Shown piece by piece: positions 9,665 through 23,100 of a DNA stretch of 64,000 bases. The stretch is taken from assembly GCA_963748215.1 (NCBI GenBank), contig CAVVHS010000006.1, forward strand, positions 960,001-1,024,000, written 5' to 3'. Every line of letters starts with the position of its first letter. Position 1 is the first letter of the stretch. The position numbers and the translations under genes are program-made. The notes under the pieces were generated by a model that saw only the letters and a program-made list of their open reading frames with translations, searched no databases and was not told the DNA's origin. The stretch is from an uncultured Gammaproteobacteria bacterium (GTDB taxonomy: Bacteria; Pseudomonadota; Gammaproteobacteria; UBA9214).

Positions 9665-11977
9665 TCACCATGACCGGCGCCGGCTGTCCAGCCACAGCAG
9701 CACATCCTTCAGCGCCATGGGTCTGCCCGTATAATACCCCTGATAACAGTCGCACCCCATACCCTTGAGCCGGTCGTATACCGCGCGCGACTCCACGCCT
9801 TCCGCGGTCACGGTCAGCCCCAGGTTGTGCGCCAGGTCGATGGTGGCCCGCACGATGGAGGCATTTTCCTCGTCGGAATCCATATCCGCGACGAACGACT
9901 TGTCGACCTTGAGCGTGTGTACCGGGAGACGCTTGAGGTAGACCAGCGAGGAGTGACCGGTACCGAAATCGTCGATCGACAGCCGCAGGCCGAGCGCCGC
10001 CAGCTGGCGCAGCATCTCGCTTACCTGCTCCGGATCGAGCATCACCCCGGTCTCGGTGATTTCCAGCAGCAGGGACTCCGGCATGATGTGGTGGCGCTGC
10101 AGCGCATTGCGGATGCGGTCCAGCAGGTTGAAATCGTGCAGGTTGTGCATGGACAGGTTGATGCCGGTGCACAGCTCGGGGTTGTCCTGCTGCAGCAGGG
10201 CCAGCTCGCGGCAGGCCGTCTCGATCACCCACTCCGACAGTTGCCGGATCAGGCCGCTTTGTTCGGCGGCGCGGATGAAGGCATCCGGCAGCAAAATCTT
10301 CCCGTCCGGCTTGCGCCAGCGCAGCAGGGCCTCCAGGTAGCTGACCCGACCGGTATCGAACTCGATCACCGGCTGGTAGACCAGGAACAGGTCGTTGCGG
10401 CCGATGTCCTCGTTCAGCACGCCGTCCAGCGTCATGCGCGCGACGTCGATGTCTGCCGTGGTTGCCGGATCATAGACGGCGCAGCCCTGCTTGAGCGCCT
10501 TGGCCGAGTACATGGCGTAGTCCGCGTTGCGCAGCAGGGCCTCCACCTCCGTGCCATGCTGCGGCGTCAGCGCGATGCCGATGGTGACCGAGGCAAAGAT
10601 CTTGTGCTCCTTGACCTCGAAGTGATGCTTCATGGACTTGATGATCTTGTGCGCCACCTGCATGGCCTTCTCGGCGTCGGTGCCCGGCAGCACGATCACG
10701 AACTCGTCGCCGCCCAGCCGCGCCAGCGTGTCCGACTCGCGCAGCACGTCGGCCATGCGCCCGACCACGTCCTTGAGCAGGATGTCGCCGATATGGTGTC
10801 CGAGCATGTCGTTGACGTACTTGAAGCGCACCATGTCGATCAGCAACACGGCGGCAACGCCGGGCGTGCGGCGATGCTCGGCGATCACCTGCAGCAGGCG
10901 ATCCTCGAGCAGCGCGCGATTGTAGATGCCGGTCAGCGGGTCGCGAATGGCCAGGTCATGCAGCGTTTCATACAGCTCGCCCAGCGCATGAAAGGTCGTC
11001 GGACCCGTCATGCTGGACGAGACCTGCGGGTCCTGCAGGTCGACGCTGCGGCCCCACTCCTCGCGCAGACGCTGGCGCAGGTTTTGCAATGGTTTGAATA
11101 TCGAGTAGTTCACCAACAGCAGGGCCAGCATCACGGTGGTCAGCAGCACCATCACCACGGTGATCAGCAGGCCGCGATTGGTACGATCGATCTGCAGCAC
11201 CAGCGCATCGGCGTTGCGTGCCGACACGATGCCAAGCGCAGGCCGGGAATTGTCGGTGGTCAGCGTGTAGGCCGATTGAACGTTGTTGACGGAGGTGTCG
11301 TCACTCCAGCCGCTGGCGGCATACAGCACCGTACCGTCCGTGCGGCTGATTCTGACCGGCATTTTCAGGTGCGCATCGAGCTGCTCCAGTGCCGGTACCG
11401 GATCGGCGACAATCTGCAGGTAACCGGCGGGCACCAGGCCGCCGACCGGCGCGATCGCCGCCTGGTAGGGAATGCCGTCCTGCAGACAGAGCTCGAACAG
11501 CGGTTTGAGCCGGCGCGCCCCTTCGCGGATACGCGCCTTGGTGATGAGGTCCGGGCAGATGATCGTGTCAGCCTGCAGGTCACTGTCGCTGCGCATGGCG
11601 ACCGCCAGCAGGTTGAAATCCGCGTCATAGGCATAGATGCCGACGGCGTTGACCAGGTTCGAGGTGACTGGTGCGCGGTAGTACTGAGCCTCCAGCGCGC
11701 TGGCCAGCGCCGCCGCCTCGCGTGAGGCGAAGGCGGCGCGGAAGGTTTCGTCCATCTGGATGCTCAGACCCATGCGCCGGGCCTGTTCGGCGTTGTCGGC
11801 CAGCAGCATGTTGGTCTCGGCGGCGACAAGTTGCGTCATGTACTGGCGCTGGAAATTGAATGCCAGCTCGCGGTAGGTACGCGCGTTCATGACCACCGTC
11901 ACCACGCTGATGAGACCCAGCAGGATAATGGCGACGACCAGGCCACTCAGCAGGTTGATGTTCTGTGGTGTGCGCAT
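9665..11977 (-). CDS. Membrane-anchored diguanylate cyclase/phosphodiesterase (GGDEF-EAL)
   Basis: Two TM segments flanking a periplasmic domain; DPLTGIYNR, RLGGDEF, EALLRW, DDFGTG, AEGVE all intact. Confidence 0.95.
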   Translation of the reverse strand: MRTPQNINLLSGLVVAIILLGLISVVTVVMNARTYRELAFNFQRQYMTQLVAAETNMLLADNAEQARRMGLSIQMDETFRAAFASREAAALASALEAQYYRAPVTSNLVNAVGIYAYDADFNLLAVAMRSDSDLQADTIICPDLITKARIREGARRLKPLFELCLQDGIPYQAAIAPVGGLVPAGYLQIVADPVPALEQLDAHLKMPVRISRTDGTVLYAASGWSDDTSVNNVQSAYTLTTDNSRPALGIVSARNADALVLQIDRTNRGLLITVVMVLLTTVMLALLLVNYSIFKPLQNLRQRLREEWGRSVDLQDPQVSSSMTGPTTFHALGELYETLHDLAIRDPLTGIYNRALLEDRLLQVIAEHRRTPGVAAVLLIDMVRFKYVNDMLGHHIGDILLKDVVGRMADVLRESDTLARLGGDEFVIVLPGTDAEKAMQVAHKIIKSMKHHFEVKEHKIFASVTIGIALTPQHGTEVEALLRNADYAMYSAKALKQGCAVYDPATTADIDVARMTLDGVLNEDIGRNDLFLVYQPVIEFDTGRVSYLEALLRWRKPDGKILLPDAFIRAAEQSGLIRQLSEWVIETACRELALLQQDNPELCTGINLSMHNLHDFNLLDRIRNALQRHHIMPESLLLEITETGVMLDPEQVSEMLRQLAALGLRLSIDDFGTGHSSLVYLKRLPVHTLKVDKSFVADMDSDEENASIVRATIDLAHNLGLTVTAEGVESRAVYDRLKGMGCDCYQGYYTGRPMALKDVLLWLDSRRRSW

Positions 11978-12540
11978 GCAGATCCAGGCCGTTACGGGTG
12001 ATGCCCTAATATAGCCTGATTCGGCGCGGCGCGTCTTTAACAAGCCACTGATTTTCCGGAAAAAGCGGCGAAAAACACAGCATTCCCCGACTGACGGCCG
12101 CACAGGCATCCCGGCAGCCGCAGCCGCACGGCAATCCCGGGATACCCATCAGCGCCGCGCGCCAGTCCGGCGCGGCGGCACATTGCAGCCCCTGTGTGCA
12201 CGGTGTAACAGCCAGCCGGGGCGCCGGCAACGGCGCCAACAGCGGTTCCAGGACGTACGACCCCGAGCAAATACCGCGCTGCGCCATGCCGGAACGTTGA
12301 TAAGCCTGGAAATTGAGCCTGGTCATTTTTCCGCTCAGGGGGCAGCAGGATAATCGGGTTTTTCAGCTTGAGCCGCAACGGCATTGCCAGGGCATGGCCG
12401 GACACACGGTCACGAATTTACCACCCCCAGCGCCTGCGGGTGGAAGGCTGGACAGCGAACGGGTTATGCTTGGGCAACGCAAGTCGCGATACCGCTAACA
12501 TCAACAGCCTCTAACGGGGGGCGAGTGAAGGATTCAGATC

Positions 12541-12990
12541 ATGATTACCTACGACGAGCTGCATAGCGAAAATCACAGTATCACGGAACTCTCCAACGTC
12601 CTGCTCTACCTGTTCAGGGAGCGGTCGATGTGCGACACGGGTACCTGCTGCGAGCTGTTCCACCGCTACACCGACAAGGTCAAGCAGCATATCGACCTGG
12701 TCGACGAGAACCTCTACAGCAAGCTGCTGACGCACGATGACCATGAAATCCAGAAACTGGCGCGGAATTTCATGTCCGGGTCGCAGGAGATCAAGCGCAT
12801 CATCGCCTCCTACATGAAGGACTGGTGCCCGAAGAAAAAGTCGGAAACCCTCGCGATTGCCGATTATGAGCGTTTCCTGAAGGAATCCGAGGAAATGTTC
12901 GAGCTGATCCTCGAACGCATCCAGAACGAGACGGAGCGGCTCTACCCGCTGGTGCGGGAACTCAGCGGCGACATCAAAAAGGCAGGCTGA
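12541..12990 (+). CDS. Hemerythrin-like (HHE cation-binding) domain protein
   Basis: Four-helix pattern with H..I, HIDLVDENLY and RIQNETERLYP repeats; AAGGA RBS. Confidence 0.7.
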   Translation: MITYDELHSENHSITELSNVLLYLFRERSMCDTGTCCELFHRYTDKVKQHIDLVDENLYSKLLTHDDHEIQKLARNFMSGSQEIKRIIASYMKDWCPKKKSETLAIADYERFLKESEEMFELILERIQNETERLYPLVRELSGDIKKAG

Positions 12991-13008
12991 AATATACAAA
13001 CCCCAAAA

Positions 13009-13155
13009 GGGGGACAGGCCACGTTTTTCGGTTTCAAACAAACGTGGCCTGCCCTCTATTTCCTTTCTCCGCGATTTTCGGGGTCAGACCCGATCGATCG
13101 ATGTACAACCAGCGACACCGTCCTCATATTGCGGATCAATCGAGTCTGACCCCCG
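13009..13155. repeat. Two GGGG(A/T)CAG-ended inverted-repeat pairs (REP-like)
   Basis: 13009-13026 pairs with 13040-13056; 13078-13100 pairs with 13133-13155. Confidence 0.7.
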
Positions 13156-13161
13156 AGCACG

Positions 13162-14868
13162 ATGAACCTCGCCTACCTGACGGACATCATCATCATGCTG
13201 ACGGCAGCCGTGATCGCCGTGCCGCTGGCGCGCATCGCCGGGCTCGGTACCGTGCCCGGCTTCCTCATCGCCGGCATGGTGGTGGGGCCATCGGTGTTGA
13301 GCCTGATCGACAACCGTGCAGAGATCGGCCACCTGGCCGAACTCGGCGTGGTCCTGCTGCTGTTCGTCATCGGCATCGAACTCAAGCCCGCGCGCCTGTG
13401 GCGGATGCGGCGCATGGTGTTCGGGCTGGGTACCCTGCAGGTGATCACCACCGGTGTATTCATCACCGCCGTGCTGCACCTCGTGTTTGGCATCGGGCTG
13501 CGCGCGGCCATCCTGATCGGACCGGCCCTGGCGCTCTCCTCTACCGCCTTCGTACTGCAGTTGCTGACCGAGCAGAAAATGCTGACCAGCGAGTACGGGC
13601 GCACCTCCTTTGCCGTCCTGCTGTTCCAGGACCTGGCCGTGGTACCGCTGCTTGCCCTCGCCTCGCTGTTGACGGTCACGGATCTGAGTGTCGAGGAAAA
13701 TATCGGCCTGGCATTGCTCGAATCCCTGGCCATCCTGGCGCTGATCATTCTCGGTGGCCGCTACCTGCTGCGACCCGCGCTGCAGCGCGTGGCCAGCCAT
13801 GGAACGCCGGAAATATTCACCGCCTCCGCGGTGCTGCTGGTACTTGGCGTCGCCGTGCTGATGGCAAAGATCGGACTGTCCATGGCCATGGGCGCTTTCG
13901 TGGCGGGACTGCTGATTGCCGATTCGGAATTCCGCCACCAGGTCATGGCGGAGATCCAGCCCTTCCGCGGTCTGCTGCTCGGGCTGTTCTTCATGTCGAT
14001 CGGCATGTCCCTGGAACTCAGGGAGGTGTTCGCACAACCCCTGCTCTGCATAGGACTGGTCGCGCTGCTGATGCTGGCCAAGGCCGCGCTGCTGTGGCCG
14101 CTGGCCAGGCTGTTCGGTCACGGCGCCAGAACAGGGCTTGCGATCGCACTGCTGCTGGCACAGAGCGGCGAGTTCGCGCTGGTGCTGTTCGCGGTCGCCT
14201 TCGACGCCGCCCTGCTGGACACGGTGCTGTACCAGCAACTGCTCGTCGCGGTCGTACTCAGCATGCTGGCGACACCACCGCTGGCCGGCTGGGCGTACCG
14301 GCTGGCCCGCACACGCAGCGGGGTAAGCGACACGCCGGCAATCGACGAGACTGCGGCCTCGCCCGCACCGATCATGATCGTCGGCTTCGGCCGGGTCGGA
14401 CGCCGCATCGGGCAGATACTCGACATGCGTCAGGTACCTTATCTGGCCATCGATAACAACGCCGGTGTCGTGCGGCACGAACGCGACGCCGGCCGCTCCG
14501 TGTTCTACGGCGATGCCCGTGCGCCCGATGTCCTGAAAAGCCTGGGTGTGGGCGAGGCACGGCTGATTATAGTTACGGTCGATGATTTCCAGGTCACGGA
14601 AGAACTGGTCACGTCCCTGCACCGCACCTTCCCCGGACTGGAGATTCTGGCACGCGGGCAGGATCAGGAACGCTGCCAGCGCCTGCTCGCGCAGGGCGCG
14701 CGGCTGGCCGTTTCCGAAAACCTGGAGGCCAGTATCGCGCTGGCCCAGGCGGCCCTGCAGAAGACAGGCAACGACGGCACAGCGGACAACGACGCCATCG
14801 AGCACTACCGCAAGGCCTACTACGACGGCACCCGGATGAAGACCACGCGGCACGAACCGCCAGCCTAG
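13162..14868 (+). CDS. CPA2-family K+/H+ antiporter (KefB/KefC-like) with TrkA-N domain
   Basis: LFVIGIEL, LSSTA, LLFQDLA, GEFALV, GFGRVG, YGDA. Confidence 0.93.
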   Translation: MNLAYLTDIIIMLTAAVIAVPLARIAGLGTVPGFLIAGMVVGPSVLSLIDNRAEIGHLAELGVVLLLFVIGIELKPARLWRMRRMVFGLGTLQVITTGVFITAVLHLVFGIGLRAAILIGPALALSSTAFVLQLLTEQKMLTSEYGRTSFAVLLFQDLAVVPLLALASLLTVTDLSVEENIGLALLESLAILALIILGGRYLLRPALQRVASHGTPEIFTASAVLLVLGVAVLMAKIGLSMAMGAFVAGLLIADSEFRHQVMAEIQPFRGLLLGLFFMSIGMSLELREVFAQPLLCIGLVALLMLAKAALLWPLARLFGHGARTGLAIALLLAQSGEFALVLFAVAFDAALLDTVLYQQLLVAVVLSMLATPPLAGWAYRLARTRSGVSDTPAIDETAASPAPIMIVGFGRVGRRIGQILDMRQVPYLAIDNNAGVVRHERDAGRSVFYGDARAPDVLKSLGVGEARLIIVTVDDFQVTEELVTSLHRTFPGLEILARGQDQERCQRLLAQGARLAVSENLEASIALAQAALQKTGNDGTADNDAIEHYRKAYYDGTRMKTTRHEPPA

Positions 14869-14926
14869 CAGCCAGGTGAACGAAGTAAACGGGAACAGCA
14901 CAGGTTTTTTCCGGCAGAAATAAAAA

Positions 14927-14962
14927 GGGGACAGAACCAACCCGGCATACGGTTCTGTCCCC
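14927..14962. repeat. GGGGACAG inverted-repeat hairpin (REP-like)
   Basis: ggggacagaacc-N12-ggttctgtcccc, perfect 12-bp stem. Confidence 0.7.
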
Positions 14963-15165
14963 CAAAGCTGTAAGCACTCTATAATCGCTTTGTGCTGTGT
15001 CGGTCAGGTTAATCAATACTTTAAAGTACTCTAAAGGGGACGTAGGGATTTTTATCGGACTACCTCGCACGATTTACCTGATGGCCGTCCTCGACGCATC
15101 TGTCCCGAAGCAATACCCTGCCCGGGAAGAAATGTGTTGATAACCAGTAGCGAGGTCGTTTCTGC

Positions 15166-16635
15166 ATGAACCTGTTCCTGACATCAGCCCGGCGAAGCAC
15201 CTGGATCGCAGTTGCGATTCTCGCCCAGACGCTTCTCAGTGCCTGCGGCGGAGGCGGTAGTGGTGTAGCGCCACCGGGCGTGCCACTGGGTGTCACCGTT
15301 AACCCGGGCGACGGTGCACTCAGTCTCGGCTGGAAGCCGCCTGCCAGTAACGGCGGTGCCGCGATCCAGGCTTACAGCGTCGAGTTGACCCCTGCGGTCC
15401 CGCCTGCCGACGTCACGGCAACCGGCACCGTGGCACTGGTTCGCAATCTGACCAACGGCATCGGCTACCAGGTCAGCGTGCGCGCCAGCAATGCCGCCGG
15501 TACCGGCCCGGCCAGCACACCGGTCACCGTGCAGCCCGCGGCCGCCGTGAACAGCGGCTACACGCCCATCACCATCCAGGGCGATAACAGCCCCAGCGGC
15601 ATCTACGACCCGTCAATTTTGCGTGCGAACAACGGTGTGCTGTGGCTGTCCTATTCCAGTGTTGACTATCACAACAATGGCAGCGGACAGCTCGTGCAGG
15701 ATGTCGGCACCCGTATTGCACGCAGCAATGATAACGGCAACACCTTCAGCCATGTCGCGACCATCGCCACACCAACCCCCGCCACGGTGACCGATACCGA
15801 TCCGGCCCTGAGCGCCTGCGGCGCACCGACCTGCACCGGGCGCTGGGTCTATGAGACGTCCTGGCTGATTGAAGACAGTACCGACCCCGACCCCAACCGG
15901 CGCTTCAAGTTATTTGCGCACAAGTATTTCCTGTATCCGCCCGGCACGACGAATCGCACGCTGTATCACCTTGGCGTCATCGTGATGTGGACGGCCGCCG
16001 CGCCCGACGGTGCCTGGTCAATTGAGACGCCACTCATCGGCTGGAACCTGAGCCCGCCGGAGCTGACGCCGCTGCACGTGGTGAACGCGGCCCTGCATCC
16101 CGATCTGGGGGAATGCCTGCTGGTGGCCGAAGGCAGCGCCACGGTGCGCGCCAGTGTGATCGACTTCGTCTTCGCCTGTCCTTTCATCGACACGACGGCG
16201 GGCAACGCCGTGCGGCAGAAGATCGTGCGCCTGCGCAGCACCGACCACCTCAGCACACTGGACTACGTAACCACCCTGCTGGAGGCAGACGACGCGGCCC
16301 CGTACGGCGGCGCAGGCCATTTCAGCGCCCCGGCGCTGATCGTGCGGGAGGACAACGCGCCGCTGCTGCTGGTCACGCCGGTGGTCAACAATGTCTACGC
16401 CGGCAGTCTGGTGTTCCCCTTCGCCGACGATGGCAGCGCGGGCGTGTTCCGCACCGGCGGCCTGCCCGAGACCATCCTGTTCGCGCCGGTCGCCGGCGCC
16501 GGCCATATCGGCGGCGCCAGCACCTACGATGGCAGCCTGGGCGCGCAGGGCATCCTGCAATCCGACGCCACGCTGGGCGCTACCCTGCTCGACACCCGGT
16601 TTGATATAGTCGCGACGCATGCCATGCAGCGTTAA
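15166..16635 (+). CDS. Lipoprotein with a fibronectin type III domain and a probable beta-propeller (Asp-box) domain
   Basis: Lipobox LSAC-GGGG; FN3 signature WKPP...YSV...LTNGIGYQVSVRASNAAG; Asp-box SNDNGNTF. Confidence 0.82.
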   Translation: MNLFLTSARRSTWIAVAILAQTLLSACGGGGSGVAPPGVPLGVTVNPGDGALSLGWKPPASNGGAAIQAYSVELTPAVPPADVTATGTVALVRNLTNGIGYQVSVRASNAAGTGPASTPVTVQPAAAVNSGYTPITIQGDNSPSGIYDPSILRANNGVLWLSYSSVDYHNNGSGQLVQDVGTRIARSNDNGNTFSHVATIATPTPATVTDTDPALSACGAPTCTGRWVYETSWLIEDSTDPDPNRRFKLFAHKYFLYPPGTTNRTLYHLGVIVMWTAAAPDGAWSIETPLIGWNLSPPELTPLHVVNAALHPDLGECLLVAEGSATVRASVIDFVFACPFIDTTAGNAVRQKIVRLRSTDHLSTLDYVTTLLEADDAAPYGGAGHFSAPALIVREDNAPLLLVTPVVNNVYAGSLVFPFADDGSAGVFRTGGLPETILFAPVAGAGHIGGASTYDGSLGAQGILQSDATLGATLLDTRFDIVATHAMQR

Positions 16636-16740
16636 GAGCGATGAGATATCAGAGGCCGATTTCAAATATTAGAAAGAAATGCGCTCTGACACCTTTCTAT
16701 CTTTCTGAGCACAAAATTACGAAGGTAGCCTTGATTAATA

Positions 16741-16769
16741 CGTCATTCCGGGCCTGCGCCGGAATGACA
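16741..16769. repeat. GTCATTCCGG-N6-CCGGAATGAC palindrome (CGTC-type REP-like)
   Basis: Perfect 10-bp stem between the convergent FN3 gene and ligA; related to the palindrome at about 3889-3915. Confidence 0.65.
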
Positions 16770-16822
16770 AGCATTGAATCAATCAGAGTTTTCCTGGTAT
16801 TTGAAGTAATTTTGATCTGACC

Positions 16823-19584
<2,762 letters not shown>

Positions 19585-19674
19585 CGAGCCACCTGCTGAC
19601 CAAATCAAGGGATCAGCGCTTTTCTTACCCGAACTCCGTGCGATGCGCAATCGTTATTACAGGAGGACAATAAC

Positions 19675-20092
19675 GGGGTCAGCACCCTTTACTCACTCGG
19701 CCGTCTATTGCAGTCCAGGTTTCGGTAAATATAAAAAGGTACTGACCACATCTGTCCAAAATACCCCCTCTCCCTCCGGGAGAGGTCTGGGGAGAGGGGA
19801 TCAAATCAAGCCAACCGCCTGATTTTCCATCGCCTCATCCTGGTCGCTCACGGCATCCTGCCTCCCGCGACACTTGTACATCCCTGTACATCGTCCTTCT
19901 CCCGGAGGGACGCCGACAGGGATGTCGGCGGTAGAGCAACGCATGGAGCATTTGCCGAGAAGGGACGCGCTGTTCATGTAATGATGTATAGCTTTCATGT
20001 CCTGTCGCTATCAACCGCTCCGTACAATGCGTTCATTCATGGACTTACTGTACCTCAGTCAATGTATGCGGCACAGCCATGGGTGCTGACCC
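19675..20092. mobile_element. Composite non-autonomous palindromic insert between smc and zipA
   Basis: Perfect 12-bp terminal IR GGGTCAGCACCC (19676-19687 / 20081-20092) enclosing CCCTCTCCC...GGGAGAGG hairpins (19763-19799) and nested hairpins (19847-19964). Confidence 0.6.
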
Positions 20093-20111
20093 ATTTCCAG
20101 GCCACCGATCC

Positions 20112-23100
20112 CTACACTGCCGCCAGCTGTACCGCCTCGTCGATATCCACCGCGACCAGGCGCGACACGCCCGGCTCGTGCATGGTCACACCGGTCAGCT
20201 GCTGCGCCATTTCCATGGTGACCTTGTTATGCGTGATGAAGATGAATTGCACCTGTTCCGACATCTTGCGCACCATGTCGCAATAGCGGCTGACGTTGGC
20301 GTCGTCGAGCGGCGCATCCACCTCGTCGAGCATGCAGAACGGCGACGGGTTGAGGCGGAAAATCGCGAACACCAGCGCGATCGCGGTGAGCGCCTTCTCG
20401 CCGCCGGACAGCAGGTGAATGGTGCTGTTGCGCTTGCCCGGCGGGCGCGCCATGACGGTCACGCCGGTGTCGAGCAGGTCTTCGCCGGTCAGTTCCAGGT
20501 AGGCATGGCCGCCGCCGAACAGGGTCGGGAAATTTTCCTGCATGCCCTGGTTGACGCTGTCGAAGGTATCCTTGAAGCGGCTGCGGGTCTCGCGGTCGAT
20601 CTTGGCGATGGCGTTTTCCAGCGTCTGCAGCGCCTCGATGAGGTCGGCATGCTGCGCATCCAGGTAGATCTTGCGCTTGGACTCTTCCTCGTATTCCTCG
20701 ATGGCGGCCAGGTTGATCGGCCCCAGGCGCTGGATGCGCTGTTCCATCTTTTCGGCCTGCTCGGCCCACAGTTCGACCGTCGCCTCGGCGTCCATGTGCT
20801 CTAGCAGCAACTGGTATTCGAAGCCGGAGGCATTGATCTGCTCCAGCAGCGTGTCGGCACGCGTCTTGATTTCCTGCCAGGCCATGCGGTCCTGGGCCAG
20901 CTGTTCGCGCTGGCTGCCGATGGCGCGTTCCTTGCGGATGCGTTCCTGGTCCAGCTCGCGGGTGCCGTGCTCGATGTCCTCCACCTGCTTGCGCGCCGTA
21001 CCCAGTTCGGCCTCGGACGCGGAGCGCCGCGACAGCAGCCCCTCGAGCTCCTGTTCCAGCTCGACGATCGGGGTATCGCCCTGCCCCAGCACCACGGCCA
21101 GTTCATCGCGCCGCGTGACCAGCTGCTTGCTCTGCTCATGCATGCGCAGCAGGGCCTGGTCGGTCGAGGCCTGCGCGGTTCGTGTCGACTCGGCGCGGAT
21201 GGCGAGTTCGTGCGCGGCCTGCTGGTCGGCGCGGGCCCGTTCGCGCGCCGCGTCCAGCACGCCGGCCAGCTGTTGCTGTTCGCCGATGCGCTGCTCGCGT
21301 TCGTGGGTCAGGGCCTCGGTGGCGGCCAGCGCCTCGTCGAGCCGGTTGCGCGCCTCGGCCTGTTCCTGTTCTTCCTTTTCCTTTTCGGCGCGCAGCGCTT
21401 CCGATTCCATCAGCACATGGTCACGGCGGTGCTGCTGCTGTTCCAGGCGCGAGCGGTTGGCGGCAAGGCTGCCACGCAGGTCGCTGGCCTCGCGGTGCGC
21501 GGCATTGTATTCGTTCTGCAACTGGTCGCGTTCGGCCTCGGCGCTGCGCAGGCTTTCGCGCGCGGCGTCCACGGCCTCGCGCAGGGTCTCGATTTGCCCG
21601 GCCTGCTGCTCGCTGCGTTTGGTCAGCGCAGCGATGTCACGCTCGCGTTCCAGCACGCCGGCCTTTTCATCGGTGTCGCGCGCCACGCGCAGCCACTGCC
21701 GGCCGACCCAGATGCCCTCGCGCGTGATAACGGACTCGTGCGCAGCCAGCCGGTCACGCAGTGCCAGCGCATCGGCCAGCGAATCGGCGGCATAGATACC
21801 ATCCAGCAGACTGGCCATCGACCACGGTGCAGTGATCCTGTCGGCCAGCAGCACGCCCTTGCCGCGGTCGGCCGTGGCATCATTCTGGCCGGCGGTCTCG
21901 AACAGGGCCACGTTGCCCTGGTCCAGCCCACCCAGCACCCGCTCGGCGTCGTTCAGGCCGTCGACGCAGATCGCCTCCAGGTAGAAACCCAGCGCCGTCT
22001 CGATGGCGTGCTCCCAGCCGGCATCGACCTTGATGGATTGCGCCAGGCGCGGTGCGGACTGCAGGCCGTTGGCCTTCAGCCAGCCGCTGACCTGCTCGGA
22101 ACGCTGCCCGAGTGCGGCGCGCTGCAGTGTCTCCAGCGAGGCCAGCTGGCCTCGCGTGGCATGCTGTTCGCTCTGCAGCGCATCGACTTCCTGTTCCTGC
22201 TGGTAGATCCGGGTGCGCAGGTCGCTGATATGACGCACCGCGTTTTCCAGCTTTACCTGGATGCCGGAGACCACGGTTTCGCGACCTTCCAGCCGTTCTG
22301 CCGTCTGCCGGATCTCGTCCATCAGCGACTGGCCGCCCAGCGTCTGCTGCTCCTCGCCCATGCGCTGCAGCCGGGTATCCAGCTGCTGCACGTGGCGCTC
22401 GAGGTGATCGAGACGGGTGCGCTCGACCTGCGCCGACTGCGTACGCTCCGCGGTACGGCGGTTGAATTCGTCCCATTCCGACTGCCAGGCGCGCATCGAC
22501 TGCTCGGCCTCGGCCAGTTCGCCGGCCGAACGCTCGACGCGCTCGCGTGCCGCAAGCAGGTCCGGCTCGATGGTCGCGATGTTCTGTGCCAGTTCCTGCA
22601 GCCGCGCACTGTCCAGCCGGATGTGCGTCTCGATCTCGCCCAGGGTCTGCTCGACGCGGCCCAGTTCCTGCTGCTGTTGCTGTCGGGATTCGCGGTTGTG
22701 CTGGATCGCCTGCTCGATGCGCGCGACATCGGCACCCAGCTTGTAGTAGTGTCCCTGCACCTCGCTGAAGGCATCGTTGGCGTCGGCCAGCCCCTCGCGC
22801 AGTTTTTCCAGTTCCGCCTCGATACCGCGCTGTGCGGCCACCTCGGCTTCCAGTCCCAGCTCGCACTCCTGGATCGTGCGCTGGCGTTCGCTGCTCTGCT
22901 CGTGCATGGCGTGATAACGCAGCGTCAGCAGTTCCGCCTTGACCTGGCGTTCCTCTTCCTTGAGTTCCTTGTAGCGTTCCGCCGCGCGCGACTGGCGCTT
23001 GAGCTTGTCGAGCTGTTTGTCGATCTCTTCCAGCAGGTCGTTCAGGCGGTCGAGATTCTCGCGCGTGTGGCGGATGCGGTTTTCGGTCTCGCGGCGGCGC

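Noticed and set aside
12006-12326. Cys-rich 106-aa ORF upstream of the GGDEF-EAL gene
   Set aside because: No RBS, no recognisable motif and weak codon bias; probably promoter-region DNA, though not excluded.
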